A stretch of 64,000 bases of DNA from the human T2T-CHM13v2.0 reference genome, Homo sapiens. A program made the position numbers and the translations under genes. Positions 44,295 through 58,326 of this stretch are shown here, in pieces; the first letter of the stretch is position 1; every line of letters begins with the position of its first letter. A model generated the notes under the pieces. The model ran no database searches. It was not told where the DNA came from and saw nothing but the letters and a program-made list of their open reading frames with translations. Location: NCBI RefSeq assembly GCF_009914755.1, contig NC_060928.1. One strand, given 5' to 3'.

Positions 44295-44545
44295 AGCTGA
44301 CACTTTTAGAGTACTTGTTCTGTAACAGGCATTTTTCTGAATACTTTCCATATATGAACACATTTAACCCTCCCAGCAACTCTGTGAGACAGGCGTTATT
44401 ATTAGTCCCATTTTACAGATGAGAAAACTGAGGTCTGGAGAAATGAAATAACTTGCCTGAGGTCACAGCTGGCAAGGGGTGGAGCCAATAGTTAAACCCA
44501 GCCAGTCGGTATTCGGAGACCATTCTCTTAACCATTACCCTAAAC
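44295..44545 (-). mobile_element. MIR SINE
   Basis: cccattttacagatgagaaaactgagg...aacttgcctgaggtcacagct. Confidence 0.88.
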
Positions 44546-44561
44546 TCCTTCTCTCTTGCAC

Positions 44562-45122
44562 TAATCATGCTTCATATAACATTTCAGTCAACAGTAGACA
44601 GCATATACACAATGGTCCTAGAAAATTAAAATTCAAGTTGAATATCCCTAATCTGAAAATCTGAAATCCGAAATGCTCCAAAATCCAAAACTTTTGAGCA
44701 AAGACGTAACTCTGAAAGGAAGTGCTCACTGGAACATTTTGGATTTTGGATTTTCAGTTTTGGGATGATGCTGAACTGGTAAGTGTAATGCAGATATTTC
44801 CAAATCCAAAAAAGTCAAATCCTGAAAGCTTTTGGTCCCAAGCATTTGGATAATGGAGACTCAATCTGTAGCACATTTTACTGTATGTTTTCTATGTTTA
44901 GGTATGTGTAGATGCACAAATACCATTGTGTTGCAGTTACCTACAGTATTCAGTACAGTCACATGCTGTACAGCTTTGCAGCATAGGAACAATGAGCTGT
45001 ACATATAGTCTAGGTGTGTAGTAGGATTGGCCATCTAGGTTTGTGTGAGTACACACTGTGATGTTTGCACAACAATGAAATCACCTAATGACATATCCCT
45101 GTCATTCAGCAACACATAACTA
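44562..45122 (-). mobile_element. Tigger3a (Golem) element with nested Tigger4a
   Basis: cctacagtattcagtacagtcacatgctgtaca...ctaggtgtgtagtagg...ccatctaggtttgtgtgagtacac. Confidence 0.85.
44634..44868 (-). mobile_element. Tigger4a (Zombi/MER46-type) MITE
   Basis: TIRs caagttgaatatccctaatc / ggataatggagactcaatctg; aaatccgaaatgctccaaaatcc motif. Confidence 0.85.
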
Positions 45123-45294
45123 TATTTATAGTTTTGTGATCTAGTCATAATAGCATTTAGCTGAGGATCATAATCCAGGTTAGCATCATCTACAGAATAA
45201 GGAGGCAGTAAGTGTCTAGTAGTAGAGAAGATGCTGATGGTGGAACTGTAACTGTACCAAAGATGATCAAATATTTTCAGCTATACCGTTTGGG

Positions 45295-45510
45295 ATTTGG
45301 AGACAGAGTCCTGTGTTAGAATCACAGCTTTGCCACTAACTGTGTGACCTCAGTCAAGTTACTTAACCTCTCTGATTCTTATTTTTCTCTTCTGTAAAAT
45401 AGGGATAATGCTAACCATGTTTTAGGATGAGTGGTTGTGAGGATTAAATAACATAACATGCAAAAAACATCAAGTGTAGCTGCAGACACATAATAAGTGT
45501 TCAATAAAAG
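45295..45510 (+). mobile_element. MIR SINE
   Basis: ctgtgtgacctcagtcaagttacttaacctctctga...ggttgtgaggattaaat. Confidence 0.85.
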
Positions 45511-46817
45511 TGACCTTTGTTTTTTAGCCATTTGGCCTATTCTCAGTAGGTAAATAATCCAAGATAATTACTTGCATTTCCAAAGAAATTAAATATGAAA
45601 CCATATCCAATTTGGGTCTATAATTTTCAGTGAGTCATGAGTTCTTCCTTTTTCAGCTAGTCAGGCCTGGCTTTTGTTCAAGTCCTGGTTAACTTTTGAC
45701 CTAAGAGTAAGCTACCTTAATTTCCATAACTGGAATTTCTGCCTTCCTCTGGAGGGTTATGCCGGCTCTACTCACCCAGGCCATTTGACAACCTGTTCTT
45801 CAGGGCATTAATCAGTCCTCTGTCTGGAGGCTGCAGGGTGCTCCTCTCCGTCCTGCCCTTGTCCTCTTGCCCACTCCCTTCTCTTGATGCAAAGCTGTGT
45901 GTGTCTTGTAAATTACAGCCACTCTGTCCCCCGCAAAGGGCCTCCTGCTGCGGAGTATGTCAGAGGCTCAGGATATAATTGATAGAAGCAGCCAGCAAAG
46001 GCACTTCCTGCAAAGGCATTGGCTCCCGTGGGCATCCTAGACAGTTTAGACCAGTTTCCAAAACTGCTAACATGAAGAATATTTATTTTTCCTTTCTATT
46101 GGGAATGCAGAGGGGACTTTCGCGAGCATCCCAGGGAATCTGCAGTGTGGCATTCCAGTCTTTGCGGATGAGAACATGCCTCTCTGCCAGTGTTATCCAC
46201 AGTCCTAATTTTAAGCGACAGTCTGGATGATATTAAATTGAGGTTTATCTTTGAGTGACCAGAGTTATTTTTGTTTTAGTCAGCCTGGACTATTGTAATT
46301 AATGCTAAGACACTGGCGGGAACAAGGCTTTTATTATAATACGAGGGTGAGGATGGCTTTGACTGACCTTTCTTCTGCTGGAGTTTCAGTGTTTTAGTAT
46401 GTGCTGCTTGTGCTGGAAAGAATTTATAATCACAGGCTGTCAAAGACAGCCATTGTTCTCCCTGCTCTGAACATGTGGGTCAGCCACAAGTGCTTTCAGC
46501 TCCCCCAGCGCCAAGAGCTGGCTGAGAGCGAGAGCATGCCTGGATTCTTCTGAGGCATCAGGAAAAGCGTTTTGCATATTTTTCATTGCCTTTCTTTTTT
46601 TTTTTTTTTTTTTAACTTTTGCCTCAGAAAGACAGCTCCCTTTCAGAGCAGGAATTTCCCTTCAAGGTAGCAGGAGATGAACGCGTGCTGCTCCAGGATT
46701 TTACAGAACTGATTCTGCAGCAAAGACAAATGTTGCCTGTATTTGCCAGATAGTATAAACAGGAGCAAAAGTTGCACAGCTAAACCAGGGGCTCATTCCC
46801 AGGACAGACATGCAGTT

Positions 46818-46841
46818 ATGGATTCCGAAAGACAAGTCAAG
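46818..46841 (+). CDS. LIMCH1: Alternative N-terminal coding segment MDSERQVK, spliced in phase 0 to the DTDDIESPK exon
   Basis: ATG GAT TCC GAA AGA CAA GTC AAG|gttaag; in-frame upstream stop at 46710; G at -3 and +4; resembles my recollection of short LIMCH1 isoform N-termini. Confidence 0.65.
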
Positions 46842-47209
46842 GTTAAGGTTTTGGTTTTTCGTTTTTGTTTTGAACTATCATTGTACTGTTGTGAATCCAA
46901 ACTTTGTGATCCTTTCTTCTAATTCTTTCTCTACTCTTTTTTTTTTAAACCTAGGGAATATGAGTTATTTGGGGATTTTTTTTAAAAAAAACGTTGTGCA
47001 TGATTTTCTGATTGGGAAAGTTGCAGCAAAGGAGGCTCCAGGAACAGAGCAGTGACTTTTCAAAGATGATTGATCCTGTAACTGGTTTCCACAACCTTTC
47101 CATTCTGATGTGATATGCAGGGGTTTTTTTGGAGACCACTGGAGACCCATCTTCCTGATAGTGTAGGCTAGAATTATGTCTGTAACCCTTTCATTTTCTT
47201 TTTTGACAG

Positions 47210-47405
47210 GACACTGATGACATTGAAAGTCCTAAACGCAGTATCCGAGACAGTGGCTACATCGACTGCTGGGATTCCGAGCGCAGCGACTCCCTCTCTC
47301 CTCCTCGCCACGGCAGAGATGATTCCTTCGACAGCCTGGATTCCTTTGGCTCTCGCTCTCGGCAGACGCCTTCACCAGATGTAGTCCTCAGGGGAAGCAG
47401 CGATG
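47210..47405 (+). CDS. LIMCH1: LIMCH1 exon, Ser/Asp-rich region ([66 protein letters not shown]), 196 nt, phase 0 to 1
   Basis: Acceptor ttttcttttttgacag|GAC, donor G|gtaggt; open frame, CpG-enriched coding-like composition; absent from the ORF track. Confidence 0.95.
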
Positions 47406-50013
47406 GTAGGTTGGAGACTTAATAAACTATCCATCTTGAAATTAAACATTTGCAGGGGCTGCATTGCGCCTGGCAGAGGGATGGGCACTGGGAAAGCAGG
47501 CTCCATATCCACCTTGCCGGAACTTAGTAATTCTATAAACTGGCAGAAAAAAGAAGTCTTTGAATGTTGTTTTTCATGGTCCTTAGAATTTTGGTTGGCT
47601 TTGCCAGGAGTTTATTTGAGCACTGCCTCAGTGAGCATATCTTCTGTTGGAAAATGTGTTACATCATTCCTCCCTTGGACTCAGTGAATCAAGACACTGT
47701 GCAGACCATTAGCTCATAAAGTGTGCTGGAGGTTTATATACTCTGGGCATGAGGAAGCTAAATGTTTGAGTGAGTACCACACTATATAAGAGAAAATGGA
47801 TCAACTTCCAGTAAACTGGAAATGAACTGCACACACTTAGAAAGTTCTGAAGCCTGGGATTGTGCAACTTTAATTGGCATGTTTTTTGGCAATCTGTTTG
47901 ATGCTTGTGATACTTGACTGGTATAGCTAGCACGATGCAGGTGGCTGTTAATGTATAGTGCACAACCCAGGCTGCCTGCTTGTTCTGAAGCTGGGATTGA
48001 TTTAAACCCTATGGGTTTTATATCACTTGGAAGAAATGATCATTTTTCGTTACAAAAATGTGTAATCATGTAACTTGATATACACGTAATGCCTATTTTT
48101 CAGAAGCCATTTGTCTTACTTATCTTGTACCTTTGTACTTTTAGAAGGAAAGATGGTTTGGTTCTACATATTCTACATATATAAACTTGCGGAAAAACAT
48201 GAGGGCTAGTGGGGAATTTTTAAATTGTTTCTTTTTTCAATGTATTGCTTGGTTGATGCTGCTATATCTAGCTAATATATCTTAAGCCTACTCTGAGATC
48301 CGAATTATCTTTTGTAGCTAAAAGATCCCTTCCAGCTATAAAATTCTGTTACGAAAATACTTGACTATTTAATGTGTCCAGGATCTAAGTTAATTCCTTG
48401 GTACACAGTATCTCATTTAGTCCTCAGCTGAGATTTTAGAGATACTCACTCAGTATCTCATTCAACACTCCCACAGAGCTGTGAGACACTGCTTATCCTT
48501 ACTTCACCAATGAGCCTTTGAGAAGTTAAGTAATCATCTCAACATTTACAAGTTACAAAAAAATCACTGTCAGAAAGTAGCATAACAATGTTAGCTTTAA
48601 GAAGTGTGAATGCAGAATCTATGCTCTTAAGCTTAATTTACCCACATTTCTTTCTCTTTGCCTAATAGATGTTTTATTCTGGAATGGCTGCAACTAATGC
48701 TTTTGTTTAGGACTTAAACTTTCCAGCAAATAGTTTAACCTTGGGGCCACATAGTATGTGACTCCTAAAGAATTCCAGGGTGCATTGTGAGCCTCTTGCA
48801 AAGCATTTCTAAAATGTTATATGTCATTTTAAGTGCCCCCCACACTATTAGAAGTTAAATACCAAGTTCACTATCTAACTGAGCTTTAACATAACCAAAG
48901 AGTAGATTTACTTTTCCAAAACATGTCTTAACCAAACGATTTCATACATATTATTTTGATTAGTTGTTTTAAGTTATTGCATTTTCTTCATCCTGTGTTT
49001 TTCTTAACTGGTAATGTAGATTATCATTATTTATCATTACCAGCTTTGGGGGGTTCAGAGTTTAAACGAATCACATCTTGAAGGGATTGGAGGTGGTGAT
49101 TACTAATATTATACTAATATGTATGAAGTACAATTTAGTTTGCAGCAATTAAAATTGATAAGCTAGAGTGTTTTTATGAATGTTTTCTCCATCCAAAAAA
49201 ACATGAAATTAGAGCTTCACAAACACCATCCATGAAAGAGCTTCTTATACACAGATTTTACCAATCAACCCGATACCTTAAGGCTTATGCTCTTGTAAAC
49301 TAATCAAGACCTAATGAGATTCTTAAAGAAAAACAACACATTTATTAATCTGCCATTTAAAATGTAGTATAATTTTAGCCAAATAGATGTTGGGTTTCAT
49401 AAGCGTTTATAGTATGTTTTTAAATGGTGCTGATTAGGAAGATTGCTAGTCCTAATAAACACTTCCAAATTTGAAAAAACTTGTTGTAAGTCTTGAGAAT
49501 TTATTTCCTAGGACTCACAATCAATTGGGGAATATCTTACCATGAAATTATTCAACTCTATGTTGGGCCAATATAGACATCTTTCATTTTATTATTATCC
49601 ACTCCCACTAATCCATTCAATAAAGATAATCAAGGGCCATACTCATGAGAAGCATCATGATTCTGTGGGTTGGACACAGAGCTACCTGGTAGGATGCTGT
49701 AGATCCCAGGGTTGATTCAACCAATCTGTCTTGCTAGACAGGTGTCCAATTTCTCCCCCAGCATTAATAGCATCTCTTATGAGTCCACTTAATGGGCTTC
49801 ATTGAAGAGGAAATAACAAAACCCTCTACCCAGATGTTTTCAAAATTAAGAACATATTTTGTAAATATGCATTAGGTTAAATGAACAGTCTAATGTTTTA
49901 TATCAAAGATGTGCTGAGGGAGGGAAACAAGTAATGAGAGAAATCAAAGTGCTAGAGGAAGATTAAAAAGCGAAGGGTTGGGGGTGTGTACGGCAAAGAT
50001 ACATTAAAAAAAA

Positions 50014-50300
<287 letters not shown>

Positions 50301-50464
50301 GAAAATCATCATCACATGCTAGATTACATTCTCCTAACTCTGGACATAAATGGAGAAGCCACCTTAGTAGATTTCCATGTTCACAGGGAGAAGTGAAGTC
50401 AAAACTTTTGAGGTGTCAGCCTCAAAAGAAGACTCTGACATTTCCCAAGGGTATACTGGGCCGG

Positions 50465-50670
50465 CCACCTCCTAGGTGCTTTATGTCATCTCATTTAATT
50501 CTTGCGACAACATGTGATACCTGTATTATCACCTCCATGTATCCCATGAGGACCCTGAAGTATAGAAGATTTAAGTATCCCAGGGTCACACAGCTAGTAG
50601 ATGGTAGAGCTGAAATTTTAGACCCTGGTCTCTAAATCCATAAACCTATACTTCTTTCAACTGAGCTACT
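50465..50670 (-). mobile_element. MIR SINE
   Basis: atctcatttaattc...cccagggtcacacagctagta. Confidence 0.75.
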
Positions 50671-51604
50671 CTGTCCTGGAGCATTTGCATGGCTAATATT
50701 TCTTGAAGTGTCTAAGACATTCACCAAAGAATAATTGGGGGAAAAAGTGATTTGCTTATGTTGTTAGACAACATATTTGGAGACTTTCACTCAGTATATT
50801 ATAGATAATATAAATATATATCTATATCTATATATGTGTGTGTATAGATACTATACACAAATAGGATTCATAGATTATAGGATTTTAGAATTGAGGGACC
50901 TGAGACAACTCTAATCCATCACTAAGCTTTCATAGTTGATTGAAGAATCATTTGCTTTATTTGTTCAACAAAGTGCAGCACTTCTCGTAGTCAGAACACT
51001 TTTATCAGGAGACATTTTCCCAAGACAGGTGTGTCACAGAGGAAAGAACTTTGGGAGTCAAGAGAACAGAAAGTAGAGTTTCAGAACTGTCACTAACCAG
51101 CCCTGCAGCAGGGGTTCCTACAGTGTCTCTGAGCCTCTGTACCCACCTTTATAAAATGGGATAGTATCAAATGGGGAAACAAATTTAAGAGTTTAACAAG
51201 GTAGGGTAATGTTTGTTTATAAAGCAATTCACAGGGGGCTCTAAACATTTCATTATGATACTGAGACAGATATACTTGTTTAAGGACCGGGTGGAAAGGA
51301 GCTAAATTGTGAGTCAAATACTGTACTAATAAGTAATGAAATGGTCAAAACTTCAGAAGGAGGACTAAAAGCATGTGGCATGAATAATTCATAAACTGAA
51401 TATTTCATCTGCAACAATGAACAACTTGTTTATGGTCAATGCCTTTAACGTTTACAGTCTTTTAAAAGCCATTATATCATTTAACCTCCAGGGCAAATCA
51501 TTTTATTCCTATTTTACAGAAAAGGACAGTCAAGTGTGTTAGAGACAACCCTAGGAGCCCCAGCTCATTTCTGACAGATCCAGAACTATTATGACATAAA
51601 GAGT

Positions 51605-51830
51605 AGCCAGCATTTATTAAGCACTTAGGCTGCCCCAAGCACTGTACCAATAGTTTCATATGTATCTGGTTCTTCCAACAGCTATGAAGTAGGGATATTA
51701 TTATCCTCATTTTGTAAATTGGGAAACTGAGGCTTAAAGTACTGATGTAACATATGTAAAGTCTCATGGCTAATGAGCAGCAGAACTCAAAAGGAAGTGG
51801 CTCTGACTTAACACCAACCTTCTCTGCCAG
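51605..51830 (-). mobile_element. MIR SINE
   Basis: attattatcctcattttgtaaattgggaaactgaggctta. Confidence 0.75.
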
Positions 51831-52928
51831 GATGCCACATCTCCTGGCTCTTAGTTTAAGGCTCTTTTCTTAAGGGTAAATAGGTATATATTTTATTTGT
51901 TACCACCATAGTTGAATAATCTTGTAATGCTCTCATTGATTGTTTTCAACCAGCATTGAAGTGGCGGCTACTTATATGGCAGTGTTTGTTGGAATGATGG
52001 CTTCATACTAATAGATCCTAGAAATCTAATAAGATGAGACTCAGGAAACAAGAATACAATATAATTATTGGGGCTTTTGTCCAACAAATGGCTGATGTTG
52101 GGAATGCTGAATTCCTTTGTGTTGTTTAAAACACTCTAAGCCAAACCAACTCTTTTATTCATCAGATAATCTAAGGATGCCCACTGTGTACAAAGGCAAT
52201 GACATAATAACTATAAAAACTATAAAGCCCTTATTCTCAAAGTACAAGGTAGAAAGTATAATGTGCCAGAAGAAAAGACAAGATCATGGGGGCATAGGGT
52301 TCACAGGAAGAACAGATTGCCTCCAGCCGTGGGAACCAGGAAGAGCTCCCATGCAGAGGAACTACTTGAACCACTTCCTGGAAGACAAACCCTTGGTATA
52401 ATCCGAATTGATCACTTTTCTGAGTTTCTGTTGTTCTACATCTGTGCTTCTTGATTATAACTTAAATTCTCTAGGTATGTTATGGGTTGGTTAAAGATGC
52501 CTCAAAGACAAAATGCTTCATAATTTTTATTTGCTGGAGTATCTAGCATAGTGTAAGACATGCAGCAGGGGCTCAGTGAAAACTTCATTGGATAATTTCT
52601 GTTTTCTTCTGAGAGTAGCAGAATCTCAGGAGGCATAAAATCCTATTGCAGATGTGTTGCTAATTGTAATTCTCGGATACAGTTAGGCTTATGTCTGTAG
52701 TTTTTAGTTTTGCCCTTGTCAGGTTTTTTTCCTGATTTTTTTCCTTCTTTTCCCAGAGTGGAGTAATCTACATGTGTAACAAATCTACACTTTAGATTTG
52801 TTAAGTGAATGATTTAAGAAGGAATCCTCAGAACCCACAGATTGAACCACATCCCTAATGCATGCTTAACATTGGGAACTTTCTGCTAGCCTAACACACT
52901 TTCTCAGTACCCATCCTCTCTTCCCTAG

Positions 52929-53181
52929 GGAGAGGAAGCGACTCTGAATCCGACTTGCCTCATCGGAAGCTGCCAGATGTGAAGAAGGATGACATGTCTG
53001 CACGGCGGACTTCCCATGGTGAGCCGAAATCAGCAGTGCCTTTTAACCAGTACCTCCCGAACAAAAGCAATCAGACGGCCTACGTCCCCGCGCCTCTGAG
53101 AAAGAAGAAAGCAGAGAGAGAGGAATACCGCAAGAGCTGGAGTACCGCCACCTCCCCGCTGGGTGGGGAGAGGCCCTTCAG
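52929..53181 (+). CDS. LIMCH1: LIMCH1 exon ([27 protein letters not shown]...[16 protein letters not shown]), 253 nt, phase 1 to 2
   Basis: Acceptor cctctcttccctag|GG, donor AG|gtaagg; matches ORF 52955..53185. Confidence 0.95.
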
Positions 53182-53709
53182 GTAAGGCCTGAGCACCGCT
53201 GCCCTCTTCCTGGCTTGGGCATGAGTGGTTTGGGAACTGCAGCTCCTGGACAGGAACGAGGTTAAATGACCAATTCAGAACTTTGATGGAAGATTACAGA
53301 TGGAGGTGGGTGGGACAGATCTTTGGAGAGAGCTTGTCAGGAGAAAATAGAAGCTTCGTGAGTGCGCCTAGAACAGTGCCTGGCACACAGTAGGTATTCA
53401 GCAACTACTTGTCTAAATAAGCAGATTTCTGAAACCAATTCTGTTGATAGGACATTGAGAGCAAATCTGTCATCCTTGTCCTTCTGCGGAGACTGCTTGA
53501 CTCCCAATCCTGTCAGATTAGGCGTAGAAAGATTCCTATCTTTATGCAAAAAGATGTTTTAAAACTCTAGGCTTAAATTAACTTGATATAAGCTCAAATA
53601 TGTGATGCATGGAATGTGGTTCACAATAACATATAGAAATAGTCATAATAAATGGATTTCTCATCTCTTTAGAGAAACAGTGTTTTAATCTCTGATTATG
53701 CTTTTGTAT

Positions 53710-53820
53710 TTATTTATTCATTTATTCAGCAAGTACTTATTGAGCATCTACTATATGCTAGGCATTGGGGACCCAATAACAAATAAGGCAGAGTCCCTGC
53801 CTTCAAGAATCTTACAATAA
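53710..53820 (-). mobile_element. L2 3' end fragment
   Basis: attcatttattcagcaagtacttattgagcatctactatatgctaggcattgggga. Confidence 0.8.
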
Positions 53821-54164
53821 AATAAACTTGTCTAATAGTCCATCTGTACTATTATTTTCTATTGAATAAAGATGTTATTACAATTTTTAATTTGCTGAAC
53901 AAACTAATGAAATTTACCTTTCCAGCAGAAAAGGTTTTTGCCTTTCATTATCAAGTCTGGGATAACTCTCAATGTTGCGGGTATGATGCATTGTATGAAT
54001 TAAATGGCTGCGTTGAATTTTCTTCACATTATCAGGATTATATTGTGTGCTATGACTTTCTTTTCTAAAGTGAAAAGTAATATCAGAATAGCGGGGAGAT
54101 GACATGGGGTCTGCTCCCCAGCCCAGTCTGTTAGTTTGGTAAACCATATTGTCCAACTCACTAG

Positions 54165-54431
54165 CTTTCCTGAAACGATAGAGGAAGAGGGGAGTGAAGT
54201 GGGGTCTGCTGGTGAAGACAACCCAGCTGGCCAAATGAATCCTGGTTGGAAGCCTTCCGATGGTGGGTGTGAATTACCTGACGGCAGTGGTAAGGAGCAC
54301 CCTTCTTCAGACGGGGCTGTGGTGGCACCAGCTCCCAAGTCTGAAGAAAAAGATGCTGCTGAGATCCAAAAGCGCAAAAGGCTAGAGCAAGCTGGAATCA
54401 AGGTCATGCCAGCAGCACAGCGCTTTGCCAG
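54165..54431 (+). CDS. LIMCH1: LIMCH1 alternative (muscle-type) exon (S-FPETIEEEGSEVG...IKVMPAAQRFA), 267 nt, phase 2 to 2
   Basis: Acceptor ctcactag|C, donor AG|gtcagc; length divisible by 3; within ORF 54136..54447. Confidence 0.85.
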
Positions 54432-55208
54432 GTCAGCTCTGGGCTGAGGGCTGGCCCGGCTGGCTTTCTGCATGCCTGGGGATTTGGAATCTGTCTAGAG
54501 AGTTGGAGTTTTCATCTGATTTTTCCACTTCCCGCTTTTCCTATTGCATCACTGTTCCCTGCTCTGAGCACGTAGATGATAGTCTTTGCCTTAAGGCATG
54601 TCTCTGCTAAGTACCTCCTGGGTATTTTAAATGAAGGTGAAGAGTGAGCTCCTCACTGCTGGGTGCAGCCCTTGTCTTTGTCATGTATTTGTGATCAGTC
54701 ATGTGTGGGCTGCAGGATTTACCTAGCAATAACATTGTATTTTTCTATTGTTTGTGGCTTGTTAATTTTCACGCTACTCCTAAATGGCTCATATCTTACT
54801 TTACACATCACTAGAAAAATAGTCTGTTGCTTTGAAATGGGGAACACTCTCTTTAGAGAGTGGCTGGCTTACAAAATCCACTTACTTTCTTTGTCCCAAG
54901 AGAGTACTAAGTAGAATTGGGTTTATTTGACTCCTTAGTTTCTAAAGCATGTTGATTCAAAAACAAAGAATGGAGTAATTACTTCTCTTTAATTGTAACA
55001 AAGGTACTAGTATCCAGTCCTGATAGCTTCATATTACATGTGAGATGGAGACCTTCAGCAATCAGAGCCAAGGAAAACTATAGTTCTGCACTCTTCTGTA
55101 GTGTTTTGAGAAGCTGGTTAATTTTTCTTATAAAATAACCACAATGATCCTAACAAATAATAGTGCAGCCAAAATGTATTTTACAAATTGACATTCATAA
55201 TAATTTGA

Positions 55209-55470
<262 letters not shown>

Positions 55471-56947
55471 TGATATACCCATCTTCCAGAAGTCCAGAAG
55501 TGGGAGCTGAGGATCGTTGATAGTCAGTGACTTGCAGAGCTGGTCACCACCGACCTGGTGATCAGATTCGGATGCTCTGACCACAGCACCACATCTGCCT
55601 CCCACACATTTTCCATTTCTCTATACAGCTCCACATGTGGTTATTTATGTGGTCCAGGTCTTAATTAAATATCCAGTGTTGAGTTACATAAATTTAATTC
55701 TAGAGTACCTTTGTATTAAAAAAAAAAACAACTAAGGATATACTTCCTCCTTGTCTGTGGTATATTACAGATAATCATGCCTATTCTGAACACGTATGTG
55801 CTTCTGGAATATTCTAACATAAAATTGTGTTTATGTTACAAACAGCTCTCTGAGTTTATTAAATAAAGAGTAATGTAATAAAATCTTTTTTTAAAACTCC
55901 AGATTTTTTAAAGTTTTGATACAGAGACCTTATCAAACACATTTTTTTCTGCATCCCTTGAGCATCCCATACACCATGTACCAGAGACTGGACTAGATGC
56001 TGAGAAGACAAAAATAATAATAGTGAGGGGAATACTATCTCCTCACTAGGTACCATTTTTCAGACTTCTCCAGCTTCTGCCTTTAAGGACATAGTAGTAG
56101 GTAATAAGTGATACAGATAAGAATATGAACTTACCTGAAATTTTAATCTTCCTGTCTTTGACACACATCTTTCATTTATATCACGTGTAAAGTCTTTAAG
56201 CTAGTGTTTACCAAGGATACCATCATCCTTAGAGTATCTAAAACAGCAAAGGGGGATGAAGGGGAGCGGCATTAAGCTAATTCAGCACACTCAGGAATAA
56301 TGGTCACATAGAGAAGAGAAGTGGGGTAAAGGCTGGGAAGTCCATACACGTACTGTGCCACTTCAGTACCTGGGACGTTTATTTTATTAAAAACTTTGAA
56401 CTCTTTTATGACAACTCCCATTCACTGTACAAACATCAAATCATAGTTTAAAAATGTAATTCTAATGGATATATATTATCTTTGTTTATTTCACTTCCAT
56501 TCATGTTTCCTGTTATTTGGCTTAATTTTAACCTATTTCATCCAAGTTAGCTCTCATATGCAGAAGTTTGCAGGTCAGTTAATGTCATGATGCCTCAGGT
56601 CTTCTGACTTAGCATTTAAAATTGGGCTCTGGATAATTATGCATATTCTCAGAGAATGTTCCCAATAGCAACACAACACAGCTGCTCCAAACACCCAGAA
56701 TTCATTTGTTAGGCAGATTTTTCAGCTGCCAGCCAGCGCTCTCACAAAGGTTTTACACATAGCATGCCACCAGCCTGGCATGTCTACGTCTTTGTCACTT
56801 ACTTTTTTGCATGCCACAAGAGTTGAGAGTCATTCTAAGTTTATCCACATTTGGGATCCTGCTTTTAATGTGGCAGAAAGTAGCTTAACTGGAATGAAGT
56901 ATCATGAAAAAGAAAAGGACTCTTGGTGTCTGGAAAATAGGAATTTA

Positions 56948-57543
<596 letters not shown>

Positions 57544-58250
57544 TCATTTTCACAAGAGGTCAAAAACCTAGAAGTTTCAAGCTTCCTGTCAAACAATATA
57601 TTAGCGGTATCTTAGCATCAAGAGACAGAAAGTAGGATTTCTTAATAAATGTGTGGAGTTTAATATTTATTAGAGTTTCCACTGAAGGGAAAAAGTACAT
57701 AAATTACTTTTTCTTCTATTTTATTTTATGGTTGTGCTAACTTAATTATCCCCCAAATATGAGAGTCTGCCAAAGAAGCCAAGATTTCTGTTTTTAAGAG
57801 GATAAAATAAGAACCAAGATGCACTTCCCCTGAATTAAAATGCCATGGAGATTTGAGTTCTTTTACTTGGTGTTTCCCATTGGAGAAGTAAACTTTTTTT
57901 TGAACTGAATTATAGGTTTCACATGATTGTACCTCTTTTCTAATTGTTTTCATATGTTTCAGCACTCAGTGCTTGCTTTCTGCTAGTCTGTGGATCTTCT
58001 CAACCACGTAGTAATTAATTACAGAGGGGAAAACAAGGCAGGGGGTGTGGGGGCGTAAAAAAACCTCCGAGGAACAATAGACATTTTAGAAATCTTTAGA
58101 GGAAGAGCAGATGCAGCTAAGTGCCAGACATGGATTCCTCTACAGCCCTCCTTACCAAACGCCGGTTCACCGTGGCTGCTGAACAGATCCTTGGGTATCG
58201 GGGACCAGTCAGGCACATAACTTGCACGAACCTTTGTGACTCTGGATGTA

Positions 58251-58326
58251 TTAGGGCGGTGCACAAGTAATTGCGGTTTTGCCATTTTTAAAGGCAAAAA
58301 CCGCAATTACTTGTGCACCGACCAAA
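58251..58326. mobile_element. MADE1 (Hsmar1-derived mariner MITE), palindromic
   Basis: ttagggcggtgcacaagtaattgcggttttgcc / ggcaaaaaccgcaattacttgtgcaccgaccaaa with TA on both flanks. Confidence 0.92.

Noticed and set aside
46817-47285. MDSER versus WDSER (ggattccga) similarity between the alternative start and the next exon
   Set aside because: Only ~9-10 nt identical; cannot be distinguished from chance.
54024-54473. 149-aa antisense ORF
   Set aside because: Shadow of the sense LIMCH1 exon; no independent evidence.
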